Below, piece by piece: positions 53,161 through 64,000 of a stretch of DNA of 64,000 nt. Within the stretch, counting starts at the first letter, position 1. Each line of letters opens with the position of its first letter. The stretch lies in assembly GCA_040954595.2 (NCBI GenBank), contig CM082591.2:6578695-6642694 (forward strand), given 5' to 3'. The stretch comes from Balanoglossus misakiensis (lineage: Eukaryota; Animalia; Hemichordata). Both the position numbers and the translations under genes were made by a program. A model generated the notes under the pieces. The model saw only the letters and a program-made list of their open reading frames with translations. It was not told the DNA's origin and searched no databases.

Positions 53161-54649
53161 TTTTGTCTTATTTCTTTACTGTATATGGCTTGGTGACTGT
53201 GCTGGCGATAAACCGAGGGCCGATAATGTGACAGTCGCAATGCCGATGAAAGTGAAAAAAATCGTCCTAGGGAAAGAATATAGGCAGAAGGACACATTTA
53301 TTAACAATGAAATAATTTCATCAATATGGTATTCGTATATGTAGCTTTTGCACTTCAAATATTAGCTTTCATCTGTCGGAGAACTTTTATTTGAACAATT
53401 ATAGTTTTTATAATATGCCTCATGCTAATACTGTGTCGTGATTCGCCAGAATCCGTCACGTGATAGGATAATAGAATCGACTATGAATCCCTTGGGAAAT
53501 ATCATAAACATTATAAACCGTTCACGTGACCAACGTTGAGTTCACAGTCTCACAAACATAAACTGTTAGCATGAGGTTTATTATAAAACACCTATGGCCT
53601 GGCCTTTATTCGGGCCATAGCAGCCGTTTTTACCCACTTGTGACTGTGAGTTACCAGAATCATATGCTATTTCCCTCGGCCGATTCTGGTAACTCACAGC
53701 CCCTCGGGAGTAATAAACGGCTGCTATGGCCCTCATGGCCGGGCAATAGGTGTTCAATATATAAAACTTTGCGTCTCTATGCGGATTCTGATGGAGATTA
53801 CTTTCAACCAATCAGGCACTTCCTTTACTATGCCCAATCACATTTCAGTTCGCCCTCTCAAATGTTGCTATTTGTGCTTGTTATTACGTTCGCCTTGTGT
53901 TGATTTGCAACTTTTCGAAGTTTTCCGCCTGTTGGATTCTAACGGTTGAGTTGTAAACATTGCTTGTCTTTGGCAATAAACGTGCTTTTTACATTGTACG
54001 TTTTCCCTGTCCGAGTCAGACTATTTAAGCAAGCGGGTAGATCGTCTTCTTTTATCCTTTGTTGATAAACATTATTTTTCCCCACAATGCACTTGTTTCC
54101 ATGCGTGTAAGCAAGTTTCAAGATGTGGCTTGCGGCTGAATGTTTTTTTCTCGCTAAAAGTTCAAAGGGGGCCATTGTACAAGTTGTGAGGTGTTATGGG
54201 GCCGATTCGTTGTGCCGTATGAATGAGGTGTGCTCGGTAAGGGTGATCGATACGGGTTTTGTTTTGCAGACGGAAATTCTAGTCGAAACTACTACGCAAC
54301 AGATCGGTTGGGAATCGCCCGCTTTATACGGGAGGCATCGGTTGTAAGACAATCAGCTTGCCACACGTAGCTTCGTTTCCACAATCAGCTTGTGCATTTT
54401 GATTATTCACGCTAAAACCGCCCACTATTGAACAATTGTGTATTTTTGACGGTGCATGCGCCTGTATTTGCGGCACAATTTTACAATATGTACATGTATG
54501 CCCCTGTAGTACGTAGAAAATTAGCCCTGAGTTGCCGGGAGCAGGCAGGGCTAGACTGTCGACAGTCCCTCGCGTCTAATGTGTATCTTTTTTGAGGGCC
54601 GAAGGCCCGATTCGGCGTTTCGTGCGAGGCCGTAAGGCCCGAGCGACTG

Positions 54650-56405
54650 AAGACGCTGTACAAATGCATTGCGCATAGTTGTGCGCATTCTTTGACAATG
54701 GTTCGTCGATTAACAATGGAGGGGTGGTCGAGACTTTGATTCCTAAGCGCATCAACAAAAATGGAGGTGCTTGGGTTACTCAACCGTCGATCTTTCCGAA
54801 GTAAAAACTACACAGGGATTAATATACACGAACAACAACATTGTAAATGCATTTTATAGTTTATTTTGAGTCATTTTCTGCAAGGAATAAATCACGCACA
54901 TTTGTCCCTCCGTTTTGGAGCCTTCATTTTTTCAGTGATGTATCCCCAGTTTTACGGAGTTGTTGGTTTCAAATTAAAGTTGCTGGTTCTAAAACTTTTC
55001 CAAATTGAAGCTTAGTAATTGACTCAAAGCCATACTTTTGCCCGGAAAATACTTCGCTTGCCCGAGTATGTTTCCAAGCTTCCGAAGTTGGTCATGCCTT
55101 ATTTAGCGAAAGTTTGGCATGGTTATTACCCTGGGTTATTACTGCCGAGACGAGATTCAAGACACTGCACAAGGCTATCGTCCCCGATGATGCAACCACC
55201 TGAACGTGAAATTAGCAGATAATGCTATTAATAACATTAAATTACTAATAGCTATACAAAATAACAAAAAATGTTGTTTCTGTAACACCGTGGACGTAGA
55301 ACTAGAATGATTTGGATCGTGTTTTGATGCGGAAGTCAGTCTTGCCGCGAAATTCGCACGTTTACTGATGTAATTAATTAACATAACGATAGCGCGGCGC
55401 GAATTTTGAACTAACCATGACGGCGTCCTTAGAAACAAACTTGCTGCAAGTTGGAAATTTGAAATCATTCACTCATAAGTAAGCCAGTCAGTACTACGCC
55501 AAACCTGACGATGGCGATGATATGCGCTTTGTCACCACGTACACGGTCTCAATACCAAGATTTATGTGGTGAGCGCCGTCGAGTCTATGGTAGATATGCA
55601 TTGTTTGCTGCAGTGGAGGAAGGGGAATTTTTATGCAGGTTTCATTACGAAATGTTTCCTTGATGTACAGGAGTTGAGATATTTGTACAAATAGCCGACG
55701 AATTTTAAAACTGCCTGTTTACTTCGCATGTACGTCACCGGGGTACGTCAACATCAGTCACCTGCACTTAATTATATACTGCGTTGCGCTAGTCTGTTCC
55801 TCGTCGCGTTTGTCTGTTTGGTGATGTCTCAGAAACTATGAATATACACATACATCTTCTATGTATGTTAGTAGGCTTTGAAACTCCCTTTAATCAGAAA
55901 TGTCGAAGGAATTTGGCGAACAACCTAAGCTCCTTTACGCGGATACGGGACCGGGGAACCAGACGCCATAATATTTGAAATGACGCCATTGTGATGTCAA
56001 GAATGTGCGAAATCCGTCCAAATGAAAATATTTAGTGAAATATATTTTATTAAGTGTTGTTATTAGTAATCTGGGTCATTACTGCACTATTCGGGTGCAA
56101 GTTCAACAACTGGCCGACTTCTCGTACTGGCCGACTTCTCATACGCGCGTACTGGCCGACTTCTAATCTGGCCAACTTCTCATGTATTCGGTAAACACTC
56201 ATTTCGTTTATACTTAACCAAGTTAAAGCGTCCGAAACGACAATTCATCTAACTCCTTTAACTCTATTTCTGTACTATTGGTTTCTCCTCATGATTACGG
56301 CCAGAAGTCTCAAGTAGTTGGCTCCAGCAGAGAAAACTTTTCGAATCACGCTGCATACGCTTCCGGGTTAACTCGCGCATGCGCGTTGCGTTTGTACAGC
56401 GTCTG
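54650..56405. mobile_element. Non-autonomous DNA transposon (1756 bp) with 9-bp TSD, Mutator-like, nested in another TIR element
   Basis: Absent from units 1 and 2 (empty site cccgagcgactgttatag). TSD gagcgactg at 54641-54649 and 56406-56414. TIRs agacgctgtacaaa(t/c)gca. No transposase ORF. Internal ctggcc(g/a)acttct repeated four times at about 56110-56180. Confidence 0.92.
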
Positions 56406-57256
56406 GAGCGACTGTTATAGCTCTCCGCGCCCTCACACGGCATTGTAGAGAAATTCAGCGGTAAAGCAACTGGCATTTAATTTACGTCATAAACTCGTTG
56501 ACCAATCATATTGTTACGCAGTATCGGGTTAACAAACAAACGCAAGCGTGACCTGTGACACGGTGACCTTTACGCCGCCCATATGCAAATTTTACTACGT
56601 CATTTTCTGCATGCATAATTAATATCAAGGCAAGGCTTACAAGCTATAACAGTCCCTCGGGCCTTACGGCCCTCGCACGAAACGCATTCGGCGTTTCGCA
56701 TATCAGGCCCTCGGCCCTCAAAAAAGATACACATTTAGGCACGAGGGACTGTCGACAGTCTAACGCAGGGCTAGTACTACGAGATAAAACGGCTCAACTT
56801 TCCAAACCAAAGACGGCCCCGTAACAAAGCCGACCTCGCTACGAACTGAAAGCACCTCTTAGTATAAACCTTAGCTCAGTTCTTTATAGATTTTTAAATC
56901 TTTAAACAAATTTGTTTTAGCTGTCGCAGAGACGCCCAAAGAACAAAAAATCATTGCTGCGCTGAGCTGCCTAAGTGACACCGACTGTGTCTTCGCCGCG
57001 GCCGAGCATGCTAGATAGCAATTATCGCTGCAAATCTCAGCCAATTCGTGCAGTTTTCTTCTCGGTCGATTATAATTTCTTTCCGTCCGAACACAGAATT
57101 TACTGGTACTTTGTACAGCTTCATAAAATTTACGTCAATCGCAGTCACCCTCCACGAGCGCGAGGATGATTACTGTACACGGCAGTTTTACTTCTATCTC
57201 CCGGGCCCAGCTTTATACAATGTGCCCGGTGTTATGCGCGCAATCTACACTGCCTT

Positions 57257-60215
57257 AGAAATTATGTATAGGAAGTCTGACAGGGGTCCTGGCACCTGGA
57301 AATTTAACAAGCACCTCCTTAAAAAGGAGGATTACGTTATAAGTGTCCGTAATCTCCTGACACGGTGTAAAATTAAGTATGTGAATGTAGAAGCCAATGT
57401 TAGATGGGATTTGATAAAGAAAGATGTGAAGGAGTACACGATTGAGTATTGTCATAATGTAACGAAGAATTCTAACACCCTCATTCCGGAGTTGGAGAAG
57501 CATTTGCGTACTGCTGAACAAAACATGCTCCATGAGCCGTCTGATTCCAACATTGAGGCTTATGGTTTAATTAAACAGCGTTTGGAAGATCTTTTCACCC
57601 TCCGTGCCGAAGGTGCGCAGATACGCTCCAAGGCACGCTGGGTCGAAAAGGGTGAAAAAAGTACAAAGTTCTTTTTGGGTTTAGAGAAGACAAATGCCTC
57701 CAAAAAGGAGATGAATGTTCTCCGTACAGCGCAGGGTACCTATGTAACTGATACAGAGCACATTCTTGAGGAACAGAAGAACTTTTATCAAAATCTGTAT
57801 AAAGATAAGCCGAGAGATAGTTGCCTTGACGATTTTCTAGGAGATGCAGCTGTTTCACAGCTATCCCAGAATCAATCAGACATTTGTGAGGGTGAGCTCA
57901 CAGAAAGAGAATGCTTTAAAGCACTGTGTATGATTGCTCCCAACAAATCTCCTGGATGCGACGGGTTAACTGGTGAATATTATCGTTTTTTCTGGAATGA
58001 TATTTGCGATTATGTATTGTCATCTTTAAATAGTAGTTACAGGTGTGGTTCGCTATCTTTATCTCAGAGACGAAGTTTACTTACACTCCTGTTTAAGAAA
58101 GGCTCCGAGGACGATTTAAACAACTGGCGTCCAGTGTCTCTTCTAAATACCGATTATAAAATTGCTACTAAAGCCTTAGCTAATCGGTTACAAATCGTTC
58201 TTCCGTCATTGATCCATAGAGATCAAACCGGGTATATGAAGGGGCGTTTCATAGGTGAAAATGTTAGACTTATCTCTGACATCTTTCATTACTCAAAGAA
58301 GCACAATGTTGGGGGAGTTGCCATGTTCCTTGATTATGAAAAAGCCTTCGATAGCGTTAACTGGGACTATCTTGATGAAACTTTACGACGTATGAATTTT
58401 GGTCATTCCTTTCGTCAATGGGTAAATACTTTCTACACGAACATTCAGAGCTGTATTTTATACAAGGGTTGGTCTTCAAGTTACTTCAGGTTAGAAAGGG
58501 GTGTCCGTCAGGGATGTCCCCTCTCTGCACTTTTATTTGTAATAGCAATAGAGTTTTTAGCTTGTAAGATCAGACACGATAAAACTATCAAAGGGTTTCG
58601 TCTGCCTGCTGGTAATGGTCATGCCAAAGAAGCAAAGATATCTTTACTTGCAGATGATACAACAATATTCGTTGCAGATTTGTCTTCTGTTGTGTCTGTT
58701 CTCAAAGTAATGGAGAAGTTTCAAGGATGCAGTGGGCTAAGGTTAAATAAAAAGAAAACGCAGGCTTTTAAACTTGGTAATTTAAGAAATTGTAACGATA
58801 AAGTGGGTGATATAAGTTGGACTGACAATCCTGTAAAAACTCTTGGAGTATATTTTGGGTATGATGATGCTCTGTGTAAGCAGTTAAACTGGGATGATAA
58901 GTTAAAATCATTAGGTAAAGTTTTGGAAATGTGGGGAAGACGGCAACTCACGATTTATGGCCGTGTTCTCATTACCAAGTCTCTTGCTGTTTCAAAAATT
59001 ATGTATTTATCATCAGTAATTGGTATTCCCAATGATATTCTCTGTAAAGTACAACGTCTCGTTGACAGTTTTGTAAAACGTAAAAGGAGAATTTCGAACA
59101 AAATTCTTGAAAGTGGCTACAAGCTAGGAGGAGTTAATCATATTAATGTGAAATGCCAAGTGGAAGCAATGATGGCTCTTTGGGTTAAAAGAATAATAAT
59201 GTGTAAAGACGAGACATGGGCTGTCTTGCCCTGGTCATATTTGCTTTTAGATAATACCACAAATTTATTGCATCAACACTCAATTTGGCAAAGGGTTCCT
59301 GATTTTCTTTTATCTGTACTCCCAGAATTTTATGTAAATGTACTGAATGCCTGGTATGCGGTGAAACACAATGCTTCCCGTGCAGGGAACCGTACCCTTG
59401 TCTGGTCCTCCAAATTCAGGTGTTTTTATGCAGCTCACTCTGAAAGTGATGACTATGATGTCACACTTGGCGTTTCTAAATCTCCGGTCCACAAATTAAC
59501 TTGTAAGGTGTTGTATACTCATCTCATTCAGAGGCACTCAGTACAGGCTAGCGATAAACTCTCAAAATGGTTTTCTAAGTTAAATATCACCCCTGTAAAG
59601 CCAGAGAGCGACTGTTACAAAATCTGGCTGAGTGTGTACAAGTTGACTAAAGAGACCAAGTTAAGAGAGTTTCAGTGGAAATTTCTACAACGTTTATTAC
59701 CATGTAACAAGTATTTATACTTGTGGAAGTTAAATGAGTCAATGTTCTGTCCTCTTTGTCACCAGATTGACTCTCTGGAACACAGATTTATTTATTGTCA
59801 AATAGCTGTGAGATGCTGGAAAAAGCTGAAATACGTTATCTCTAAATGTTTTGAGTGTAGAGAAATAACACCATCAGACATTATTTTTACAAAAGTTGGC
59901 GAGAATGTCAAACCCAAAGAAAAACGTTATGTTTTTCAGCTTTTAATTCTTCTTGGGAAATGGAGCATCCATAAGTACTGGGTGACGAATGAAAACACAC
60001 CGATTGAAGTTTTAATCAAAAATGAGTTTATGTTAAGGTATAAGATTGAAAAACAACTGGATGCGAAAGCTGTTGTGCTAGAAACTTTTCAGAAAATTAC
60101 GAGTTTACTGTAATTTTTAACCTCTTCAGGCCCGTGCAACAATACTGTCTTTTCTATATTTATATAAACATGTAATTGAGGTGAAGGTTTAAATAAAAGA
60201 TAAAAAAAAAAAAAA
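57257..60215 (+). mobile_element. 5'-truncated L1/Tx1-clade non-LTR retrotransposon
   Basis: Absent from units 1 and 2. 15-bp TSD aatctacactgcctt at 57242-57256 and 60216-60230. AATAAA at 60192 is followed by a poly(A) tail. Confidence 0.97.
57264..60113 (+). CDS. LINE ORF2 remnant: reverse transcriptase and C-terminal CCHC zinc finger, endonuclease domain lost
   Basis: GPGTWKFN (end of the APE region), KSPGCDG, NWRPVSLLNTDYK, FLDYEKAFDSV, GVRQGCPLS, LLADD, KTLGV and CPLC...EHRFIYC; stop-free for about 950 codons. Confidence 0.93.
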   Translation: MYRKSDRGPGTWKFNKHLLKKEDYVISVRNLLTRCKIKYVNVEANVRWDLIKKDVKEYTIEYCHNVTKNSNTLIPELEKHLRTAEQNMLHEPSDSNIEAYGLIKQRLEDLFTLRAEGAQIRSKARWVEKGEKSTKFFLGLEKTNASKKEMNVLRTAQGTYVTDTEHILEEQKNFYQNLYKDKPRDSCLDDFLGDAAVSQLSQNQSDICEGELTERECFKALCMIAPNKSPGCDGLTGEYYRFFWNDICDYVLSSLNSSYRCGSLSLSQRRSLLTLLFKKGSEDDLNNWRPVSLLNTDYKIATKALANRLQIVLPSLIHRDQTGYMKGRFIGENVRLISDIFHYSKKHNVGGVAMFLDYEKAFDSVNWDYLDETLRRMNFGHSFRQWVNTFYTNIQSCILYKGWSSSYFRLERGVRQGCPLSALLFVIAIEFLACKIRHDKTIKGFRLPAGNGHAKEAKISLLADDTTIFVADLSSVVSVLKVMEKFQGCSGLRLNKKKTQAFKLGNLRNCNDKVGDISWTDNPVKTLGVYFGYDDALCKQLNWDDKLKSLGKVLEMWGRRQLTIYGRVLITKSLAVSKIMYLSSVIGIPNDILCKVQRLVDSFVKRKRRISNKILESGYKLGGVNHINVKCQVEAMMALWVKRIIMCKDETWAVLPWSYLLLDNTTNLLHQHSIWQRVPDFLLSVLPEFYVNVLNAWYAVKHNASRAGNRTLVWSSKFRCFYAAHSESDDYDVTLGVSKSPVHKLTCKVLYTHLIQRHSVQASDKLSKWFSKLNITPVKPESDCYKIWLSVYKLTKETKLREFQWKFLQRLLPCNKYLYLWKLNESMFCPLCHQIDSLEHRFIYCQIAVRCWKKLKYVISKCFECREITPSDIIFTKVGENVKPKEKRYVFQLLILLGKWSIHKYWVTNENTPIEVLIKNEFMLRYKIEKQLDAKAVVLETFQKITSLL

Positions 60216-62344
60216 AATCTACACTGCCTTGGAATACATGTACCTTTTTCTCGTACGCAAAGCGATAGAACCATCTTCGTTGTAGGGAGTTATTTTTATA
60301 CCAAACAGTGTAAGAATCCCCAATTAAGGCTCTAACTAGTTAGTAAGGATAAGTAGATTCTAGTTTTGTCACTTCATTACACCCCATTTGCTGACTTTTT
60401 ACCGATCTCCGACTTGCGACACAGATTAATGTCGCCGCCATTTTGTCTGTTGTCAGGACAGAGCACTGCCTTATGGGATTGACTGTTCACTAAACGTCCG
60501 TAACCAGAGGCTTTAAGCGCTTTAAGCAACCTTGTTCATCTAAATACCGCAACATCATCCTCGTGAATGGTTGCTTTTCATTTCTGTATCATGGTTTATG
60601 TACGAATCTAAATATTTGGTATACCTTGATTAATTTACCCCAACAAAAACGGTGGGTTTGGAATGATGACTTTTCAGACATAATTAAAACTCACGCTTAT
60701 ATTGCATGCGGTCGGCTATTTAGGAGTGGCACTAAGACCTTGCTTGACTCGGTAATCATTTCAAGCCACGGTCGCCTATATTCTTAGACGTACACCGAAA
60801 ATACTAAACAAAAAGTTGTATTTACCGAGAGAAAAACATTGATTCCAAGTTAGTCTTAAGAAGTTCTACTTCTAGAACTGGTTTTGAGAGAGAACTACTT
60901 TCTGTGTTTGAGGGTATTATTGCAACTGGCGGCATGATTTTTGATGCGCTTCTGTGATCAGAACAAGCTCTAGAAAAATCCTCCCACTGACAGTCGCTCT
61001 ATACCGTCGAAAGAAACGTGTGCACGGTTAACTTTAAATCTACAAAACTCGGTGCAAATTATGAATAAGTCACTTGCACCTTACCTAAATCTCGAACAGA
61101 GAAGACTTTGGTCAACGAACCCGTTGTTGAGAAAGTCGGATTGAAAATGACAACCTTTTATTTAAAATGCTCATTATACGACATTCACAAACATGTACGA
61201 GCAAGTTAGAATGAACATTGTTCATATAACATGGTATAATAATGCGAAGAAAAGCTTTTTCCTTTCAGGAGCTGCATGTGCCGGGTACATGAATACTGGC
61301 CACTGATTTTTAGTCCAGCTAGAATTAGCATTATAATATGTTTATATAATGTGTTATAATAAATAATGCAAAGAAAAGATTCTTCCTTTCAAGTAGTGAA
61401 CGGGCCGGATACATGATCAATGGCCATTGATATTTAATTATTGTCATCGAATTTGATGGAACAATGCTGAATGGCAAACACTTTGTATAAACGCAAAGCA
61501 TTTTTCCCATTCATATTCATTATCTGTACAAAATTATTACCTGGAAACGAGTGCATACATATTTTATGCAAAGTATCCGTCACGTGGTTTAAATTCGGAA
61601 AGATTGCTACCGTGAGGATTCATTGTACATTTCCAACCATAAGCTTATTTTTAAATATTTCAGTGTACATGTGCGATGTATGTTTCTTATTTATTGGAAT
61701 TATCCCAAATAAGAATAAAATCACCAAACGAAACGCTATTTGACAAATGACTGTCATTGACACCTGAACTGTTTCGTGAATGTAGCGACAGGACGGAGCT
61801 TCGAGGCGCACACACACGCAACATATTGGCTAAATGACGTGTTTATAGAGAGATCGCAATTCATGACCCCCCCCCCCCCCTCCGCCGATTACTCACGTTT
61901 TGCAAGAACTCTGGCTGTTATCAATTGCCATGCGCGACTTAGTTTGGTCCCGGTATAGGAAGGGAGAGGTCTGGGGCGGTTTGACTGTCTTTGGATCAGC
62001 GCCGACGCTAATTCGCGTGTGTGGACGCGTTACGTCGGCCCAGCTGACCCTTCACATGGTCATATTCGATAGGACAGTGTGTGAAATGACGGGTACCAGG
62101 AGTAAGATGGAGAAAAAATCTGAGTCGACTCAATTTCAGGTATCAACTTTTGCTACGCAAGCGAGACCATATTACTCGATTCACAGTGCATGTAAGAGAC
62201 GAATGAACGAACAAACGAGTGAATAAGATCACTACCTCCACCTTTCGAGGGCAAATTATTTCGTCTGACGATAGACAGTGATTTACATATCACTGTGTAT
62301 CTAGTGACGTAATGGATTGGCTGTTGAACGGATGAGTGGGTTCG

Positions 62345-62423
62345 TGAATGAATGAATGTACGAATGAATGTACGAATGAATGAATGAATGAATGAATGAA
62401 TGAATGAATGAATGAATGAATGA
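62345..62423. repeat. (GAAT)n microsatellite
   Basis: Directly visible. Confidence 0.95.
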
Positions 62424-62887
62424 AGTTAATACGTTTGTGATTTTGTAGGTAAATGTTTGAAGGATATGAGAGTAAATCTCTCGCCAAAATGAATAAACGG
62501 TATGTAGAGACTGATTGTTTATTTTTCACTCTCGTGTCTACAAGTGGGATATGGACATTGTGTGTGGTCGAACGTTGATTCACTATATATCCACACGTAG
62601 AATAACATAAGAGGTGTCTTGTATGAAATACAATTAATGGAAACATGGCAAAGAGAAAGAGACCTTTTCCCTTTAACGCCCTAATAGCTGCTACACTTTT
62701 ACCGTATTTTCAATCGATAATTATTTCATTTCCTTCTCCTCAGTCGACGAATTACACTATTTTGACTTTGTGAGTTTTTCAAATAGACTGCGCGCATACC
62801 ACGACAGTTGCGTACTCTTGCAGTAGTCAGTTGAATAAATGGGTGTGGCACTTAAAGCGCCTAGCTCGTCTCACACGCATGTTCCAG

Positions 62888-62972
62888 CTGTAGCCGCTGG
62901 TTACACACGTTTAGTGAACAGTCAATCCCATAAGGCAGTGCTAAGTCCTAACAACAGACAAGATGGCGGCGA
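62888..62972 (-). repeat. Inverted copy of a segment present in each triplicated unit
   Basis: cgtttagtgaacagtcaatcccataaggcagtgct...acagacaagatggcggcgac is the reverse complement of about 40060-40126, 47900-47966 and 60431-60497. Confidence 0.8.
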
Positions 62973-63149
62973 CCATAATCAGTGTCGGAGATCGTGAAAA
63001 GACACTAGCTTGGGTGAAAAGGAGGGACAAAACCAGAATCTACTTATACGGTATGCATGAAATATGGAAGGAAGCGAAGGCAGTCCATGCCACTATGCAT
63101 CGAACAGAAAATTTGCTGAACATTTGCTGGCTATACATAGGGAAAACTG

Positions 63150-63527
63150 ACTCGGTTACCCAGACCCCCCTGCTTCTTCCGTTGGGCACTCCAGAAAGAG
63201 GGTCTGGGGAAACCCCATAGACAAAGATGGCCGACTCGGGACAAAAGCGATGCATGATGGTCAACATTTATGACATACGATATTATGATATGACGATATT
63301 AGAAAACTATTTACCAAACTTCTCTTTCTCTTTTCAATTTGTAGACAGTTTCAGCAGGTCTAGCACGTCTCAGCATGTATTTTTAATGCTCGAGTCTGCA
63401 ACCATCATGCATCGCTTTTGTCGCGAGTCGGCCATCTTTGCCCGGAGATTTGTCTATGGGGTTTCCCCAGACCCTCTTTCTGGAGTGTCCAACGGAAGAA
63501 GCAGGGGGGTCTCGGTAACCGAGACTA
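63150..63527. mobile_element. MITE with about 110-bp TIRs and 9-bp TSD
   Basis: ctcggttacc.agacccccctgcttcttccgttgg.cactccagaaagagggtctggggaaaccccatagacaaa and its reverse complement; TSD ggaaaactg at 63141-63149 and 63528-63536. Confidence 0.88.
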
Positions 63528-64000
63528 GGAAAACTGTTATGCGCATGCGTGTGAGACGAGCTAGGCGCTTTAATTTGTTCATATTAAATGTACAGTCCGA
63601 ATCAGAAGAGGATGATAAGCTTATGTATACCCGTCAGTAAGCTCATTTAAATGGACCACTCTAAGTTTGAGAGTAACTTCATGAAAATAATGCAAAAATT
63701 GGCAACTTTTGGGGCTTTAACGGTATTGAAATTGTCAAATTAGCCTGTTGATAATCTGTACACGACGGTGACCGCGGATTTTAATCATAAGTGCGACACA
63801 GACAGCTATTCGTTGTATTGTGTAGTCAATTTAATTTGAAATATACGCGATGACGTCACATCAAAGGATTTAATTATTTCCTGTATGATGTTAGTGTTCA
63901 CTCTCATGCATGTCCACACACAACGCCAGAATTAATAACAAATAGGGTGGGGTTTTTTTTTTTTGCTTTTTTACATACTATTTTATTATTTACGCAAATG

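Larger units (their letters stand above)
34201..61660. repeat. Tandem segmental triplication of a roughly 7.8-kb gene-bearing unit (units start at about 34.2, 43.0 and 50.8 kb)
   Basis: The same order recurs three times: (CAATA)n, AT-rich spacer, acyltransferase CDS, palindromic element, hairpin TIR element, upstream region. CDS spacing is 8596 and 7795 bp. Non-coding parts are nearly identical. Confidence 0.95.

Noticed and set aside
56110-56180. Short direct repeats ctggccgacttct resembling a CRISPR array
   Set aside because: The repeats are about 13 bp with spacers of only a few bases, there are no cas genes, and they lie inside a eukaryotic transposon.
57048-57263. 72-aa N-terminal extension making a 1021-aa host-LINE fusion ORF
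   Set aside because: It starts at GTG and lies almost entirely outside the TSD-defined element. The same sequence is a short closed frame in units 1 and 2, so this is a chance in-frame junction.

Overview
Eukaryotic (animal) genomic DNA, AT-rich, with spliceosomal introns, long (TATG)n/(TG)n/(CAATA)n microsatellites and many non-autonomous transposons. The gene content suggests a marine invertebrate, possibly a hemichordate or other invertebrate deuterostome; this is inference only. Contents in order: (1) three tandem TRIM-NHL genes with uninterrupted CDSs (1-9 kb), whose differences concentrate at predicted propeller top-face positions; (2) a nine-coding-exon secreted proteinase K-like S8 protease with a C-terminal Cys-rich module (11.9-17.9 kb); (3) an ATP-grasp ligase-like gene with two coding exons (21.8-24.1 kb); (4) a class A GPCR with two coding exons (26.1-27.7 kb, minus strand); (5) a roughly 8-kb unit triplicated in tandem (34-62 kb). 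Each unit carries an HHxxxDG condensation-domain/alcohol-acetyltransferase-like gene with a mitochondrial-type N-terminus. Unit 1 has a templated duplication of the active-site segment. Unit 3 has a 9-bp-TSD DNA transposon and a young 5'-truncated L1/Tx1 retrotransposon with a 15-bp TSD. The best candidates for undescribed biology are the surface-diversified, domain-swapped TRIM-NHL array and the diversifying acyltransferase array near the ATP-grasp ligase (a possible animal specialised-metabolism locus). All alignments and counts were done by eye.
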